From assembly GCF_009914755.1 (NCBI RefSeq), contig NC_060933.1: 64,000 nt of DNA. One strand, given 5' to 3'. Below are positions 1 through 14,850 of the stretch, piece by piece. The stretch comes from the human T2T-CHM13v2.0 reference genome, Homo sapiens. Position numbers and translations under genes: made by a program. Numbering within the stretch: the stretch's first letter is position 1; the number at the start of each line of letters is the position of its first letter. The notes under the pieces are model-generated. The model saw nothing but the letters and a program-made list of their open reading frames with translations, had not been told where the DNA came from and searched no databases.

Positions 1-989
1 ATCAGGTTGATGGCATTCCATTCAATTCCATTCCATTCCGGATGATTCCATTCCATTGCATTCCATTCCATTCCATTCCCCTGCACTCGGGTTGATTCCA
101 TTCCATTCCATTCCATTCCATTGCATTCCGTTCCATTCCATTCCATTCCATTCTATTCTGGTTAATTCCATTCCATTACATTCGATTCCATTCCATTCCC
201 TTCCATTCCATTGCAATCGAGTTGATTCCATTCCATTCCATTCCATTCCGTTCCGGATGATTCCATTCCATTCCATTCCATTCCATTCCATTCCATTCCC
301 CTGCAGTCGGGTTGATTCCATTCCATTCCATTCCATTCCATTCCATTCCATTCCATTCCATTTCGTTCCATTCCATTCCATTCCATTCTATTCGGGTGAA
401 TTCCATTCCATTCCATTCCATTCCATTCCATTCCATTCCACTCCATTCCAGTCCTTTCCATTCCATTACACTCGGGTGATTCCATTCTATTCCTTTCCAT
501 TCCATTCCATTCCATTGCAATCGAGTTGATTCCATTGCTTTGCATTCCATTCCATTCCATTCCATTCCGGATGATTCCATTCCGTTGCATTCCTTTCCAT
601 TACATTCCCCTGCACTCGGGTTTATTCCATTCCATTCCATTCCATTACATTCGATTCCATTCCATTCCCCTGCACTCGCGTTGATTCCATTCCTTTCCAT
701 TCCATTCCATTCCATTCCATTCCATTCCTCTCCGTTCCATTCCATTCCATTCCATTCCATTCCATTCCGTTCCGTTCCATTCCATTCCATTCCATTCTAT
801 TCGCGTTAATTCCATTCCATTCCATTCGATTGCAATCGAGTTGATTCCATTCCATTCCATTCCATTCCATTCCATTCCATTCCATTCCATTCCATTCCAT
901 TCCATTACGGATGATTCTATTCCATTGCATTCCATTCCATTCCATTCCCCTGTACTCGGGTTGATTCCATTGCATTCCATTCCATTCCA

Positions 990-3900
990 TTCCCCTGCAG
1001 TCGGGTTGATTCCATTCCATTCCATTCCATTCCTTTCCATTCCATTCCATTCCGTTCCGTTCCGTTCCATTCCATTCCATTCTATTCGGGTTAATTCCAT
1101 TCCATTCCATTCCATTCCTTTCCATTCCATTCCAATCGAGTTGATTCCATTCCATTCCATTCCATTCCATTCCATTCCAGTCCTTTCCATTCCATTCCAC
1201 TCGGGTTGATTCCAATGTATTCCTTTCCATTCCATTCCATTCCATTGCAATTGAGTTGATTCCATTGCTTTGCATTCCATTCCATTCCATTCCATTCCGG
1301 ATGACTCCATTCCATTGCATTCCATTCCATTGCATTCCCCTGCACTCGGGTTGATTCCATTCCATTCCACTCCATTCCTTTGCATTCCATTCCATTCCAT
1401 TGTATTCGGGTTAATTCCATTCCATTCCATTCCATTCCATTCCATTCCATTCCATTCCATTACAATCGAGTTGATTCCATTCCATTCCATTCCATTCCAT
1501 TCCATTCCATTCCAGTCCTTTCCATTCCATTCCACTCGGGTTGATTCCATTCTATTCATTTCCATTCCATTCCATTCCCTTCCATTCCACTCTGGTTGAT
1601 TCCATTCCTTTCCATTCCACTCGAATACATTCCCTCCTATTCCACTCGGAACGATTCCATTCCATTCCATTCCATTCCATTCCATTCCATTCCATTCCAT
1701 TCCATTCCATTTCGTTCCATTCCATTCTATTCCGTATCATTCCATTCCATTCCATTCCAATCCAATCCATTCCATTCCACTCGTGTTGATTCCATTCCTT
1801 TCCATTCCATTCGGTTTGAAGGCTTTCCATTCCATTCCATTCCATTCCATTCCATTCCATTCCATTCCATTCCATTGTACTCGGGTTGATTCCATTCCAT
1901 TGCATTCCATTCCATTCCATTCCATTGCAATCCATTGCATTCCATTCCATTACATTCGGATTGATTCTATTCAACTCCCTTACTCTCCATTACATTCCAT
2001 TCCATTCGGGTTGTTCCATTCCATTCCATTCCATTCCACTCCATTCCATTGCACTCGGGTTGATTCCATTCCATTCCATTCCATTCCATTCCATTCCATT
2101 CCGGATGATTCCATTCCACTGCATTCCGTTCCATTACATTCCCCTGCACTCGCGTTGATTCCATTCCATTCCATTCCATTCCATTCCATTCCATTCCGTT
2201 CCGTTCCATTCCATTCCATTCCATTCTATTTGGGTTAATTCCATTCCATTCCATTCGATTGCAATCGAGTTGATTCCATTCCATTCCATTCCATTCCATT
2301 CCATTCCATTCCATTCCTTTCCATTACATTACGGATGATTCCATTCCATTGCATTCCATTCCATTCCATTCCCCTGTACTCAGGTTGATTCCATTCCATT
2401 CCATTCCAATCCATGCCATTCCACTCGTATTGATTCCATTGTTTCCATTCCATTCAAGTTGAATCCATTCCATTGCATTACATTCCATTCGATTCCATTC
2501 GATTGCACTCGGGTTGATTCCATTCCATTGCATTCCATTCCATTCCATTCCATTCCATTCCATTCCATTCCATTCCGTTCCATTCCATTCCATTACATTC
2601 GGATTGATTCTATTCAATTCCCTTACACTCCATTACATTCCATTCCTTTCGGGTAGTTTCCATTCCATTCCATTCCATTCCTCTCCATTCCATTGCACTC
2701 GGGTTGATTCCATTCCATTGCATTCCATTCCATACCATTCAATTCCATTCCGTTCCATTCCATTCCATTACATTCGGATTGATTCTATTCAACTCCCTTA
2801 CTCTCCATTACATTCGATTCCATTCGGGTTGTTCCATTCCATTCCATTCCATTCCACTCCATTCCATTGCACTCAGGTTGATTCCATTCAATTCCATTCC
2901 ATTGCATTCCATTCCATTCCATTCCATTCCGGAAGATTCCATTCCATTGCATTCCATTCCATTCCATTCCCCTGCACTCACGTTGATTTCATTCCATTCC
3001 ATTCCATTCCATTCCATTTCATTCCATTCAATTCCTTTCCATTCCATTCCATTCCATTCCATTCCATTCCATTCCATTCCGTTCCGTTCTGTTCCATTCC
3101 ATTCCATTCCATTCTATTCGGGTTAATTCCATTCCATTCCATTCCATTGCAATCGAGGTGATTCCATGCCATTCCATTCCATTCCATTCCATGCCTTTCC
3201 ATTCCATTACGGATGATTCCATTCCATTGAATTCCATTCCATTCCTTTCCCCTGTACTCGGGTTGATTCCATTCCATTCCATTCCAATCCATGCCATTCC
3301 ACTCGTGTTGATTCCATTCTTTCCATTCCATTCAAGTTGAATCCATTCCATTGCTTTCCATTCCATTCCATTCCCCTGTAGTCGGGTTGATTCCATTCCA
3401 TTCCATTCCATTCCATTCCATTCCATTCCATTCCGTTCCGTTCCGTTCCGTTCCGTTCCATTCCATTCCATTCCATTCTATTCGGGTTAATTCCATTCCA
3501 TTCCATTCCATTCCATTCCATTCCATTCCATTCCAATCGAGTTGATTCCATTCCATTCCATTCCATTCCATTCCACTCCATTCCAGTACTTTCCATTCCA
3601 TTCCACTCGGGATGATTCCAATGTATTCCTTTCCATTCCATTCCATTCCATTGCAATCGAGTTGATTCCATTGCTTTGCATTCCATTCCATTCCATTCCA
3701 TTCCATTCCGGATGACTCCATTCCATTGCATTCCATTCCATTGCATTCCCCTGCACTCGGGTTGATTCCATTCCGTTCCACTCCATTCCGTTGCATTCCA
3801 TTCCATTCCATTGTATTCGGGTTAATTCCATTCCATTCCATTCCATTCCATTCCATTCCAATCGAGTTGATTCCATTCCATTCCATTCCATTCCATTCCA

Positions 3901-4580
3901 TTCCATTCCATTCCAGTCCTTTCCATTGCATTCCACTCGGGTTGATTCCATTCTATTAGTTTCCATTCCTTTCCATTCCCTTCCATTCCACTCTGGTTGA
4001 TTCCATTCCTTTCCATTCCACTCGAATACATTCCCTCCTATTCCACTCGGAACGATTCCATTCCATTTCATTCCGTTCCATTCCATTCCATTCCATTCCA
4101 TTCCATTTCGTTCCATTGCATTCTATTCCGTATCATTCCATTCCATTCCTTTCCATTCCATTCCATTCCATTCCATTCCACTCGTGTTGATTCCATTCCT
4201 TTCCATTCCATTCGGTTTGAAGGCTTTCCATTCCATTCCATTCCATTCCATTCCATTCCATTCCACTCCATTGTACTCGGGTTGATTCCATTCCATTGCA
4301 TTCCATTCCATTCCATTCCATTCCAATCCGTTGCATTCCATTCCATTACATTCGGATTGATTCTATTCAACTCCCTTACTCTCCATTACATTCCATTCCA
4401 TTCGGGTTGTTCCATTCCATTCCATTCCATTCCACTCCATTCCATTGCACTCGGGTTGATTCCATTCCATTCCATTCCATTCCATTCCATTCCGTATGAT
4501 TCCATTCCATTGCATTCCGTTCCATTACATTCCCCTGCACTCGCGTTGATTCCATTCCATTCCATTCCATTCCATTCCAT
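990..4580 (+). repeat. Older direct duplication: ~990-2200 repeated at ~3370-4580 (offset ~2.4 kb)
   Basis: CTGC/TAGTCGGG, CCAATGTATTCC, GATGACTCC, TCGAATACATTCCCTCC, CCGTATCA and TTTGAAGGCTTTCC recur in order at an offset of ~2400 (ORFs 1596/3997). Confidence 0.8.
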
Positions 4581-4790
4581 TCAATTCCATTCCATTACAA
4601 TTCGTTCCATTCAATTCTATTCCGTACCATTCCATTCCATTCCATACCATTCCATTCCATTCCATTCCATTCCATTCCATTCCATTCCATTCCGTTCCAT
4701 TCCGTTCCATTCCATTCCATTCCATTCTATTCGGGTTAATTCCATTCCATTCCATTCAATTCCATTCCATTCCATTCCAATCTATTCCAT

Positions 4791-4890
4791 TCCATTGCAA
4801 TCGAGTTGAATCCATTGCATTTCATTCCATTCCATTCCATTCCATTGCAATCGAGTTGAATCCATTGCATTTCATTCCATTCCATTCCAT
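4791..4890 (+). repeat. 50-bp tandem duplication
   Basis: TCCATTGCAATCGAGTTGAATCCATTGCATTTCATTCC... occurs at 4791 and again at 4841. Confidence 0.9.
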
Positions 4891-7800
4891 TCCATTCCAT
4901 TCCATTCCATTCCGGAAGATTCCATTCCATTGCATTCCATTCCATTCCATTCCCCTGCACTCGCGTTGATTCCTTTCCATTCCATTCCATTCCATTCCAT
5001 TCCATTCCGTTCCGTTCCGTTCCATTTCATTCCATTCCATTCCATTCCATTCCGTTCCGTTCCATTCCATTCCATTCCATTCTATTCGGGTTAATTCCAT
5101 TCCTTTCCATTCGATTGCAATCGAGTTGATTCCATTCCATTCCATTCCATTCCATTCCATTCCATTCCATTCCAATCGAGTTGATTGCATTCCATTCCAT
5201 TCCATTCCATTCCACTCCATTCCAGTCCTTTCCATTCCATTCCACTCGGGTTGATTCCATTCTATTCCTTTCCATTCCATTCCATTCCATTGCAATCGAG
5301 TTGATTCAATTGCTTTGCATTCCATTCCATTCCATTCCATTCCGGATGATTCCATTCCATTGCATTCCATTCCATTCCATTCCCCTGCACTCGGGTTGAT
5401 TCCATTCCATTCCACTCCATTCCGTTCCATTCCATTCCATTCCATTTTATTCGGGTTAATTCCATTCCATGCCATTCCATTCCATTCCATTCCATTCCAT
5501 TCCATTCCATTCCATTCTATTAAAATCGAGTTGATTCCATTCCATTCCATTCCATTCCATTCCATTCCATTCCAGTCCTTTCCATTCCATTCCACTCGGG
5601 TTGATTCCATTCTATTAGTTTCCATTCCATTCCATTCCCTTCCATTCCACTCTGGTTGATTCCATTCCTTTCCATTCCAATCGAATACATTCCCTCCTAT
5701 TCCACTCGGATCGATTCCATTCCATTCCATTCCATTCCATTCCATTCCATTCCATTCCATTCCATTCCATTCCATTTCGTTCCATTCCATTCTATTCCGT
5801 ACCATTCCATTCCATTCCATTCCTTTCCATTCCATTCCATTCCATTCCACTCTTGTTGATTCCATTCCTTTCCATTCCATTCGGTTTGAAGTCATTCCAT
5901 TCCATTCAATTCCATTCCATACCATTCTATTCCATTCCATTCCATTCCATTGTACTCGGGTTGATTCCATTCCATTCCATTCCATTCCATTCCATTCCAT
6001 TCCATTCCATTCCGTTGCATTCCATTCCATTACATTCGGACTGATTCTATTCAACTCCCTTACTCTCCATTACATTCCATTCCATTCGGGTTGTTCCATT
6101 CCATTCCATTCCATTCCACTCCATTCCATTGCACTCGGGTTGATTCCATTCCATTCCATTCCATACCATTCCATTCCATTCCATTCCATTCCATTCCGTT
6201 CCATTCCGTTCCATTCCATTCCATTCCATTCTATTCGGGTTAATTCCATTCCATTCCATTCCATTCCATTCTATTGCATTCCATTGCAATCGAGTTGAAT
6301 CCATTGCATTTCATGCCATTCCATTCCATTCCATTCCATTCCGGAAGTTTCCATTCCATTGCATTCCATACCATTCCATTTCCCTGCACTCGCGTTGATT
6401 CCATTCCATTCCATTCCATTCCATTCCATTCCGTTCCGTTCCGTTCCATTCCATTCTATTCCATTCCATTGCATTCCATTCCGTTCCGTTCCATTCCATT
6501 CCATTCCATTCTATTTGGGTTAATTCCATTCCATTCCATTCGATTGCAATCGAGTTGATTCCATTCCATTCCATTCCATTCCATTCCATTCCATTCCATT
6601 CCTTTCCATTACATTACGGATGATTCCATTCCATTGCATTCCATTCCATTCCATTCCCCTGTACTCGGGTTGATTCCATTCCATTCCATTCCAATCCATG
6701 CCATTCCACTCGTATTGATTCCATTCTTTCCATTCCATTCAAGTAGAATCCATTCCATTGCATTCCATTACATTCGATTCCATTCGATTGCACTCGGGTT
6801 GATTCCATTCCATTGTATTCCATTCCATTCCATTCCATTCCATTCCATTCCATTCCATTCCGTTCCAATCCATTCCATTACATTCGGATTGATTCTATTC
6901 AATTCCCTTACACTCCATTACATTCCATTCCATTCGGGTAGTTTCCATTCCATTCCATTCCATTCCTCTCCATTCCATTGCACTCGGGTTGATTCCATTC
7001 CATTGCATTCCATTCGATACCATTCAATTCCATTCCGTTCCATTCCATTCCATTACATTCGGATTGATTCTATTCAACTCCCTTACTCTCCATTACATTC
7101 GATTCCATTCGGGTTGTTCCATTCCATTCCATTCCATTCCTCTCCATTCCATTGCACTCGGGTTGATTCCATTCCATTCCATTCCATTCCGGAAGATTCC
7201 ATTCCATTGCATTCCTTTAAATTCCATTCCCCTGTACTCGCGTTGATTCCATTCCATTCCATTCCATTCCTTTGCATTCCATTGCATTCCATTGCATTCC
7301 ATTCCCCTGCACTCAGGTTGATTCCATTCCATTCCATTCCATTCCATTCCATTCTATTCGCGTTAATTCCATTCCACTCCATTCCATTACATTCCATTGC
7401 AATCGACTTGATTCCATTCCATTCCATTCCTTTCCATTCCATTCCATTCCATTCCCTTCCATTCCACTCTGGTTGATTCAATTCCTTTCCATTCTACTCG
7501 ATTGCATTCCCTTCTATTCCACTCGGATTGATTCCATTCCATTCCGTTCCATTCCATTCCATTTCGTTCCATTCCATTCTATTCCATTCCATTCCATTCC
7601 ATTCCTTTCCATTCCATTCCGTTCCATTCCATTCCATTCCATTCCATTTCTTTCCATTCCATTCTATTCCATACCATTCCATTCCATTCCGTTCCATGCC
7701 ATTCCACTCGGGTTGATTCCATTGCTTTCCATTCCATTTGGGTTGAATCCATTCCATTCCATTCCATTCCATTCCATTCCATTCCGTTCCATTCCATTCC

Positions 7801-8640
7801 ATTACATTCGTATTGATTGTATTCAATTCCCTTACACTCCATTACATTCCATTCCATTCGGGTTGTTTCCATTCCATTCCATTCCATTCCACTCCATTCC
7901 ATTGCAGTCGGGTTGAATCCAATCCATTCCATTCCATTCCCTTCCATTCCATTTCGTTCCATTCCATTCTATTCCATACCATTCCATTCCATTCCATTCC
8001 ATTCCGTTCCATGCCATTCCACTCGGGTTGATTCCTTTCCATTCCATTCCATTCGGGTTGAAACCATTCCATTCCATTCAATTCTATTCCATTTCGGATG
8101 ATTGCATTCCATTGCCTTCCATTCAATTGCATTCCCCTGCACCCGGGTTGATTCCATTCAATTCCATTCCATTCCATTCCGTTCCATTCCATTCCATACC
8201 ATTCCATTCCATTCCATTCCATTCTATTTGGGTTAATTCCATTCCATTCCATTCCATTCCATTCAGTTTCATTGCAATCGGGTTGATTCCATTCCGTTCC
8301 ATTCCATTGCATTCCATTCCATTCCATTCCATTCCATTCCATTCCATTCCATTCCATTCAACTCGGGTTGATTCCATTCCTTTCCATTCCATTCGGGGTG
8401 AAGCCTTTCCATTCCATTCCATTCCTTTCGATTCCATTCCATTGCACTCGGGTTGATCCCATTCCTTTGCATTCCATTCCATTCCATTCCATTCCATTCC
8501 TTTCCATTCCATTCCGTTCCATTCAATTCCATTACATTCGGATTGATTCTATTCAATTCCCTTACAATCCATCACATTCCATTCCATTCGGGTTGTTTCC
8601 ATTCCTTTCCATTCCATTCCATTCCATTCCATTCCATTCC
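4890..8640 (+). repeat. ~3.73-kb tandem duplication, copy 1
   Basis: Identical rare variants recur at offsets of 3727-3737: CCGGAAG at 4912/8644, identical ORFs 5027/8759, 5656/9383 and 7528/11265. Confidence 0.9.
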
Positions 8641-11600
8641 ATTCCGGAAGATTCCATTCCATTGCATTCCATTCCATTCCATTCCCCTGCACTCGCGTTG
8701 ATTCCTTTCCATTCCATTCCATTCCATTCCATTCCATTCCGTTCCGTTCCGTTCCATTTCATTCCATTCCATTCCATTCCATTCCGTTCCGTTCCATTCC
8801 ATTCCATTCCATTCTATTCGGGTTAATTCCATTCCTTTCCATTCGATTGCAATCGAGTTGATTCCATTCCATTCCATTCCATTCCATTCCATTCCATTCC
8901 ATTCCAATCGAGTTGATTGCATTCCATTCCATTCCATTCCATTCCACTCCATTCCAGTCCTTTCCATTCCATTCCACTCGGGTTGATTCCATTCTATTCC
9001 TTTCCATTCCATTCCATTCCATTGCAATCGAGTTGATTCAATTGCTTTGCATTCCATTCCATTCCATTCCATTCCGGATGATTCCATTCCATTGCATTCC
9101 ATTCCATTCCATTCCCCTGCACTCGGGTTGATTCCATTCCATTCCACTCCATTCCGTTGCATTCCATTCCATTCCATTTTATTCGGGTTAATTCCATTCC
9201 ATGCCATTCCATTCCATTCCATTCCATTCCATTCCATTCCATTCTATTACAATCGAGTTGATTCCATTCCATTCCATTCCATTCCATTCCATTCCATTCC
9301 AGTCCTTTCCATTCCATTCCACTCGGGTTGATTCCATTCTATTAGTTTCCATTCCATTCCATTCCCTTCCATTCCACTCTGGTTGATTCCATTCCTTTCC
9401 ATTCCAATCGAATACATTCCCTCCTATTCCACTCGGATCGATTCCATTCCATTCCATTCCATTCCATTCCATTCCATTCCATTCCATTCCAGTCCATTCC
9501 ATTTCGTTCCATTCCATTCTATTCCGTACCATTCCATTCCATTCCATTCCTTTCCATTCCATTCCATTCCATTCCACTCTTGTTGATTCCATTCCTTTCC
9601 ATTCCATTCGGTTTGAAGTCATTCCATTCCATTCAATTCCATTCCATACCATTCTATTCCATTCCATTCCATTCCATTGTACTCGGATTGATTCCATTCC
9701 ATTCCATTCCATTCCATTCCATTCCATTCCATTCCATTCCGTTGCATTCCATTCCATTACATTCGGACTGATTCTATTCAACTCCCTTACTCTCCATTAC
9801 ATTCCATTCCATTCGGGTTGTTCCATTCCATTCCATTCCATTCCACTCCATTCCATTGCACTCGGGTTGATTCCATTCCATTCCATTCCATACCATTCCA
9901 TTCCATTCCATTCCATTCCATTCCGTTCCATTCCGTTCCATTCCATTCCATTCCATTCTATTCGGGTTAATTCCATTCCATTCCATTCCATTCCATTCTA
10001 TTCCATTCCATTGCAATCGAGTTGAATCCATTGCATTTCATGCCATTCCATTCCATTCCATTCCATTCCGGAAGTTTCCATTCCATTGCATTCCATACCA
10101 TTCCATTTCCCTGCACTCGCGTTGATTCCATTCCATTCCATTCCATTCCATTCCATTCCGTTCCGTTCCGTTCCATTCCATTCTATTCCATTCCATTGCA
10201 TTCCATTCCGTTCCGTTCCATTCCATTCCATTCCATTCTATTTGGGTTAATTCCATTCCATTCCATTCGATTGCAATCGAGTTGATTCCATTCCATTCCA
10301 TTCCATTCCATTCCATTCCATTCCATTCCATTCCATTCCTTTCCATTACATTACGGATGATTCCATTCCATTGCATTCCATTCCATTCCATTCCCCTGTA
10401 CTCGGGTTGATTCCATTCCATTCCATTCCAATCCATGCCATTCCACTCGTATTGATTCCATTCTTTCCATTCCATTCAAGTAGAATCCATTCCATTGCAT
10501 TCCATTACATTCGATTCCATTCGATTGCACTCTGGTTGATTCCATTCCATTGTATTCCATTCCATTCCATTCCATTCCATTCCATTCCATTCCATTCCGT
10601 TCCAATCCATTCCATTACATTCGGATTGATTCTATTCAATTCCCTTACACTCCATTACATTCCATTCCATTCGGGTAGTTTCCATTCCATTCCATTCCAT
10701 TCCTCTCCATTCCATTGCACTCGGGTTGATTCCATTCCATTGCATTCCATTCGATACCATTCAATTCCATTCCGTTCCATTCCATTCCATTACATTCGGA
10801 TTGATTCTATTCAACTCCCTTACTCTCCATTACATTCGATTCCATTCGGGTTGTTCCATTCCATTCCATTCCATTCCTCTCCATTCCATTGCACTCGGGT
10901 TGATTCCATTCCATTCCATTCCATTCCGGAAGATTCCATTCCATTGCATTCCATTAAATTCCATTCCCCTGTACTCGCGTTGATTCCATTCCATTCCATT
11001 CCATTCCTTTGCATTCCATTGCATTCCATTGCATTCCATTCCCCTGCACTCAGGTTGATTCCATTCCATTCCATTCCATTCCATTCCATTCTATTCGCGT
11101 TAATTCCATTCCACTCCATTCCATTACATTCCATTGCAATCGACTTGATTCCATTCCATTCCATTCCATTCCATTCCATTCCATTCCATTCCCTTCCATT
11201 CCACTCTGGTTGATTCAATTCCTTTCCATTCTACTCGATTGCATTCCCTTCTATTCCACTCGGATTGATTCCATTCCATTCCGTTCCATTCCATTCCATT
11301 TCGTTCCATTCCATTCTATTCCATTCCATTCCATTCCATTCCTTTCCATTCCATTCCGTTCCATTCCATTCCATTCCATTCCATTTCTTTCCATTCCATT
11401 CTATTCCATACCATTCCATTCCATTCCGTTCCATGCCATTCCACTCGGGTTGATTCCATTGCTTTCCATTCCATTTGGGTTGAATCCATTCCAATCCATT
11501 CCATTCCATTCCCTTCCATTCCATTTCGTTCCATTCCATTCTATTCCATACCATTCCATTCCATTCCATTCCATTCCATTCCATGCCATTCCACTCGGGT

Positions 11601-12212
11601 TGATTCCTTTCCATTCCATTCCATTCGGGTTGAAACCATTCCATTCCATTCAATTCTATTCCATTTCGGATGATTGCATTCCATTGCCTTCCATTCAATT
11701 GCATTCCCCTGCACCCGGGTTGATTCCATTCAATTCCATTCCATTCCATTCCGTTCCATTCCATTCCATACCATTCCATTCCATTCCATTCCATTCTATT
11801 TGGGTTAATTCCATTCCATTCCATTCCATTCCATTCAGTTTCATTGCAATTGGGTTGATTCCATTCCGTTCCATTCCATTGCATTCCATTCCATTCCATT
11901 CCATTCCATTCCATTCCATTCCATTCCATTCAACTCGGGTTGATTCCATTCCTTTCCATTCCATTCGGGGTGAAGCCTTTCCATTCCATTCCATTCCTTT
12001 CGATTCCATTCCATTGCACTCGGGTTGATCCCATTCCTTTGCATTCCATTCCATTCCATTCCATTCCATTCCATTCCATTCCGTTCCATTCAATTCCATT
12101 ACATTCGGATTGATTTTATTCAATTCCCTTACAATCCATCACATTCCATTCCATTCGGGTTGTTTCCATTCCTTTCCATTCCATTCCATTCCATTCCATT
12201 CCATTCCATTCC
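8641..12212 (+). repeat. ~3.57-kb tandem duplication, copy 2 (165-bp internal deletion)
   Basis: The offset to copy 1 drops from 3737 to 3572 after ~11490 (ORFs 7969/11541, 8453/12025). The copy ends where CCGTATGATT (12211) replaces CCGGAAGATT. Confidence 0.9.
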
Positions 12213-14810
12213 GTATGATTCCATTCCATTGCATTCTATTCCATTCCATTCCCCTGCACTCGGGTGGATTCCATTCTATTCCATTCCATTCCATTCCATT
12301 CCATTCCATTGAAATCGAGTTGATTCCATTCCATTCCATTCCATTCAATTCCATTCCATTCCATTCTATTCGGGTTAATTCCATTCCATTCCATTCCATT
12401 CCCTTCCATTCCATTCCATTCTATTCCATTCCATTCCATTCTATTAGGGTTAATTCCATTCCATTCCATTCCATTCCATTCCATTCCATTCCATTCCATT
12501 CCTTTGCAATCGAGTTTATTCCATTCCATTCCATTCCATTCCATTCCATTCAATTCCATTGAACTCGGGTTGATTCCATTCCATTCCATGCCATTCCATT
12601 TCATTCCAATCCATTGCCTTCCATTCCATTCCATTCCTCTGCACTCGGGTTGATTCCATTCCTTTCCATTCCATTCGATTCCATTCCATGCCATTCCACT
12701 CGGGTTGATTCCATTACTTTCCATTCCATTCGAGTTGAATCCATTCCATTCGATTCCATTCCATTCGATTCCATTCCATTGCTCACGGGTTCATTCCATT
12801 CCATTCCATTCCATTCCATTCCATTCTATTCCATTTCATTCCATTTCGTTCCATTCCATTCTCTTCCGTACCATTCCATTCCATTCCATTCCACTCCATT
12901 CCATGCCATTCCACTCGGGTTTATTCCATTCCTTTCCATTCCATTCGGGTTGAATTCATTCCATTCCATTCCATTCCATTCCATTCCATTCCATTCCATT
13001 GCACTCGGGTTGATTCCATTCCATTCCATTCCATTCCACTCCATTCCATTGCACTCGGGTTGATTCCATTCCTTTCCATTCCATTCCAGTTGAACCCATT
13101 CCATTCTATTCCATTCCATTCCATTCCATTCCATTCCATTCCATTCCTTTGCACACGGGTTCATTCCTTTCCATTCCATTCCATTCCATTCCATTCCATT
13201 CCATTCCATTTCGTTCCATTCCATTCTATTCCTTACCATTCCATTCCATTCCGTTCCCTTCCATGCCATTTCACTCGGGTTTATTCCATTCCTTTCCATT
13301 CCATTCGGGTTGAATCCATTCCATTCCATTCCATTCCATTCCATTCCATTCCATTCCATTCCATTGAACTCGTGTTGATTCCATTCCATTCCATGCCATT
13401 CCATTTCATTCCATTCCATTCCATTCCGTTCCATTCCATTCCATTCCTTTCCGTTCAATTCCATTACATTCGGATTGATTCTTTTTAATTCCCTTACACT
13501 CCATTACATTCCATTCCATTCGGGTAGTTTCCATTCCATTCCATTCCATTCCTCTGCATTCTATTGCACTCGGGTTGATTGATTCCATTCCATTGCATTC
13601 CATTCCATTCAGGATGATTCCATTCCATTGCATTCCATTCCATTCCATTCCCCTGCACTCGTGTTGATTCCATTCCTTTCCATTCCATTCCATTCCGTTC
13701 CATTCCATTCCATTACATTCGTACTGATTGTACTCAATTCCCTTACACTCCATTACATTCCATTCCATTCGGGTTGTTTCCATTCCATTACATTCCATTC
13801 TACTCCATTCCATTGCACTCAGGTTGATTCCATTCCATTCCATTCCATTCCATTCCATTTCGTTCCATTCCATTCTATTCCGTACCATTCCATTCCATTC
13901 CATTCCATTCCATGCCATTCCACTCAGGTTTATTACATTCCTTTCCATTCCATTCGGGTTGAATCCATTCCATTCCATTCCATTCCATTCCATTCCATTC
14001 CATTCCTTTGCACTCGGGTTGATTCCATTCCATTCCCTGCCATTCCATTTCATTCCATTCCATTCCATTCCATTCCATTCCATTCCATTCCGTTCCATTC
14101 CATTCCATTACATTCGGATTGATTGTATTCAATTCCCTTACACTCCATTACATTCCATTCCATTCGGGTTGTTTCCGTTCCATTACATTCCATTCCACTC
14201 CATTCCATTGCACTCAGGTTGATTCCATTCCATTCCATTCCATTCCATTCCATTCCATTTCGTTCCATTCCGTTCTATTCCGTACCATTCCATTCCATTC
14301 CATTCCATTCCATTCCATGCCATTCCCCTCGGGTTGATTCCATTCCTTTCCATTCCATTCGGGTTGAATCCATTCCATTCCATTCCATTGCATTCCGTTC
14401 CATTCCATTCCCCTGCAATCGGGTGGATTCCATTCTATTCCACTCCATTCCATTCATTCCATTCCATTCCATTCCATTTCGTTCCATTCCATTCTATTCC
14501 GTACCTTTCTATTCCATTCCATTCCATTCCATTCCATTCCATGCCATGCCATTCCACTCGAGTTCATTCCATTCCTTTCCATTCCATTCTAGTTGAATCC
14601 ATTCCATTGCATTCCATTCCATTCGATTCCATTCAATTGCACACGGGTTCATTCCATTCCATTCCATTCCATTCCATTCCATTCCATTCCATTTCGTTCC
14701 ATTCCATTCTATTCCGTACCATTCCCTTCCATTCCATTCCATTCCACTCCATTCCTTTCCATTCCACTCCATTCCATGCCATTCCACTCGGGTTTATTCC
14801 ATTCTTTTCC

Positions 14811-14850
14811 ATTCCATTCGGGTTGAATCCATTCCATTCGGGTTGAATCC
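14811..14850 (+). repeat. 20-bp tandem duplication
   Basis: ATTCCATTCGGGTTGAATCC twice, adjacent. Confidence 0.9.

Larger units (their letters stand above)
2926..10937. promoter_or_regulatory. Cluster of 7 perfect heat-shock-element matches (nTTCnnGAAnnTTCn), left arm
   Basis: ATTCCGGAAG(A/T)TTCC 15-mers start at 2926, 4909, 6338, 7186, 8641, 10065 and 10923. The consensus match is seen directly; binding is not shown. Confidence 0.6.
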
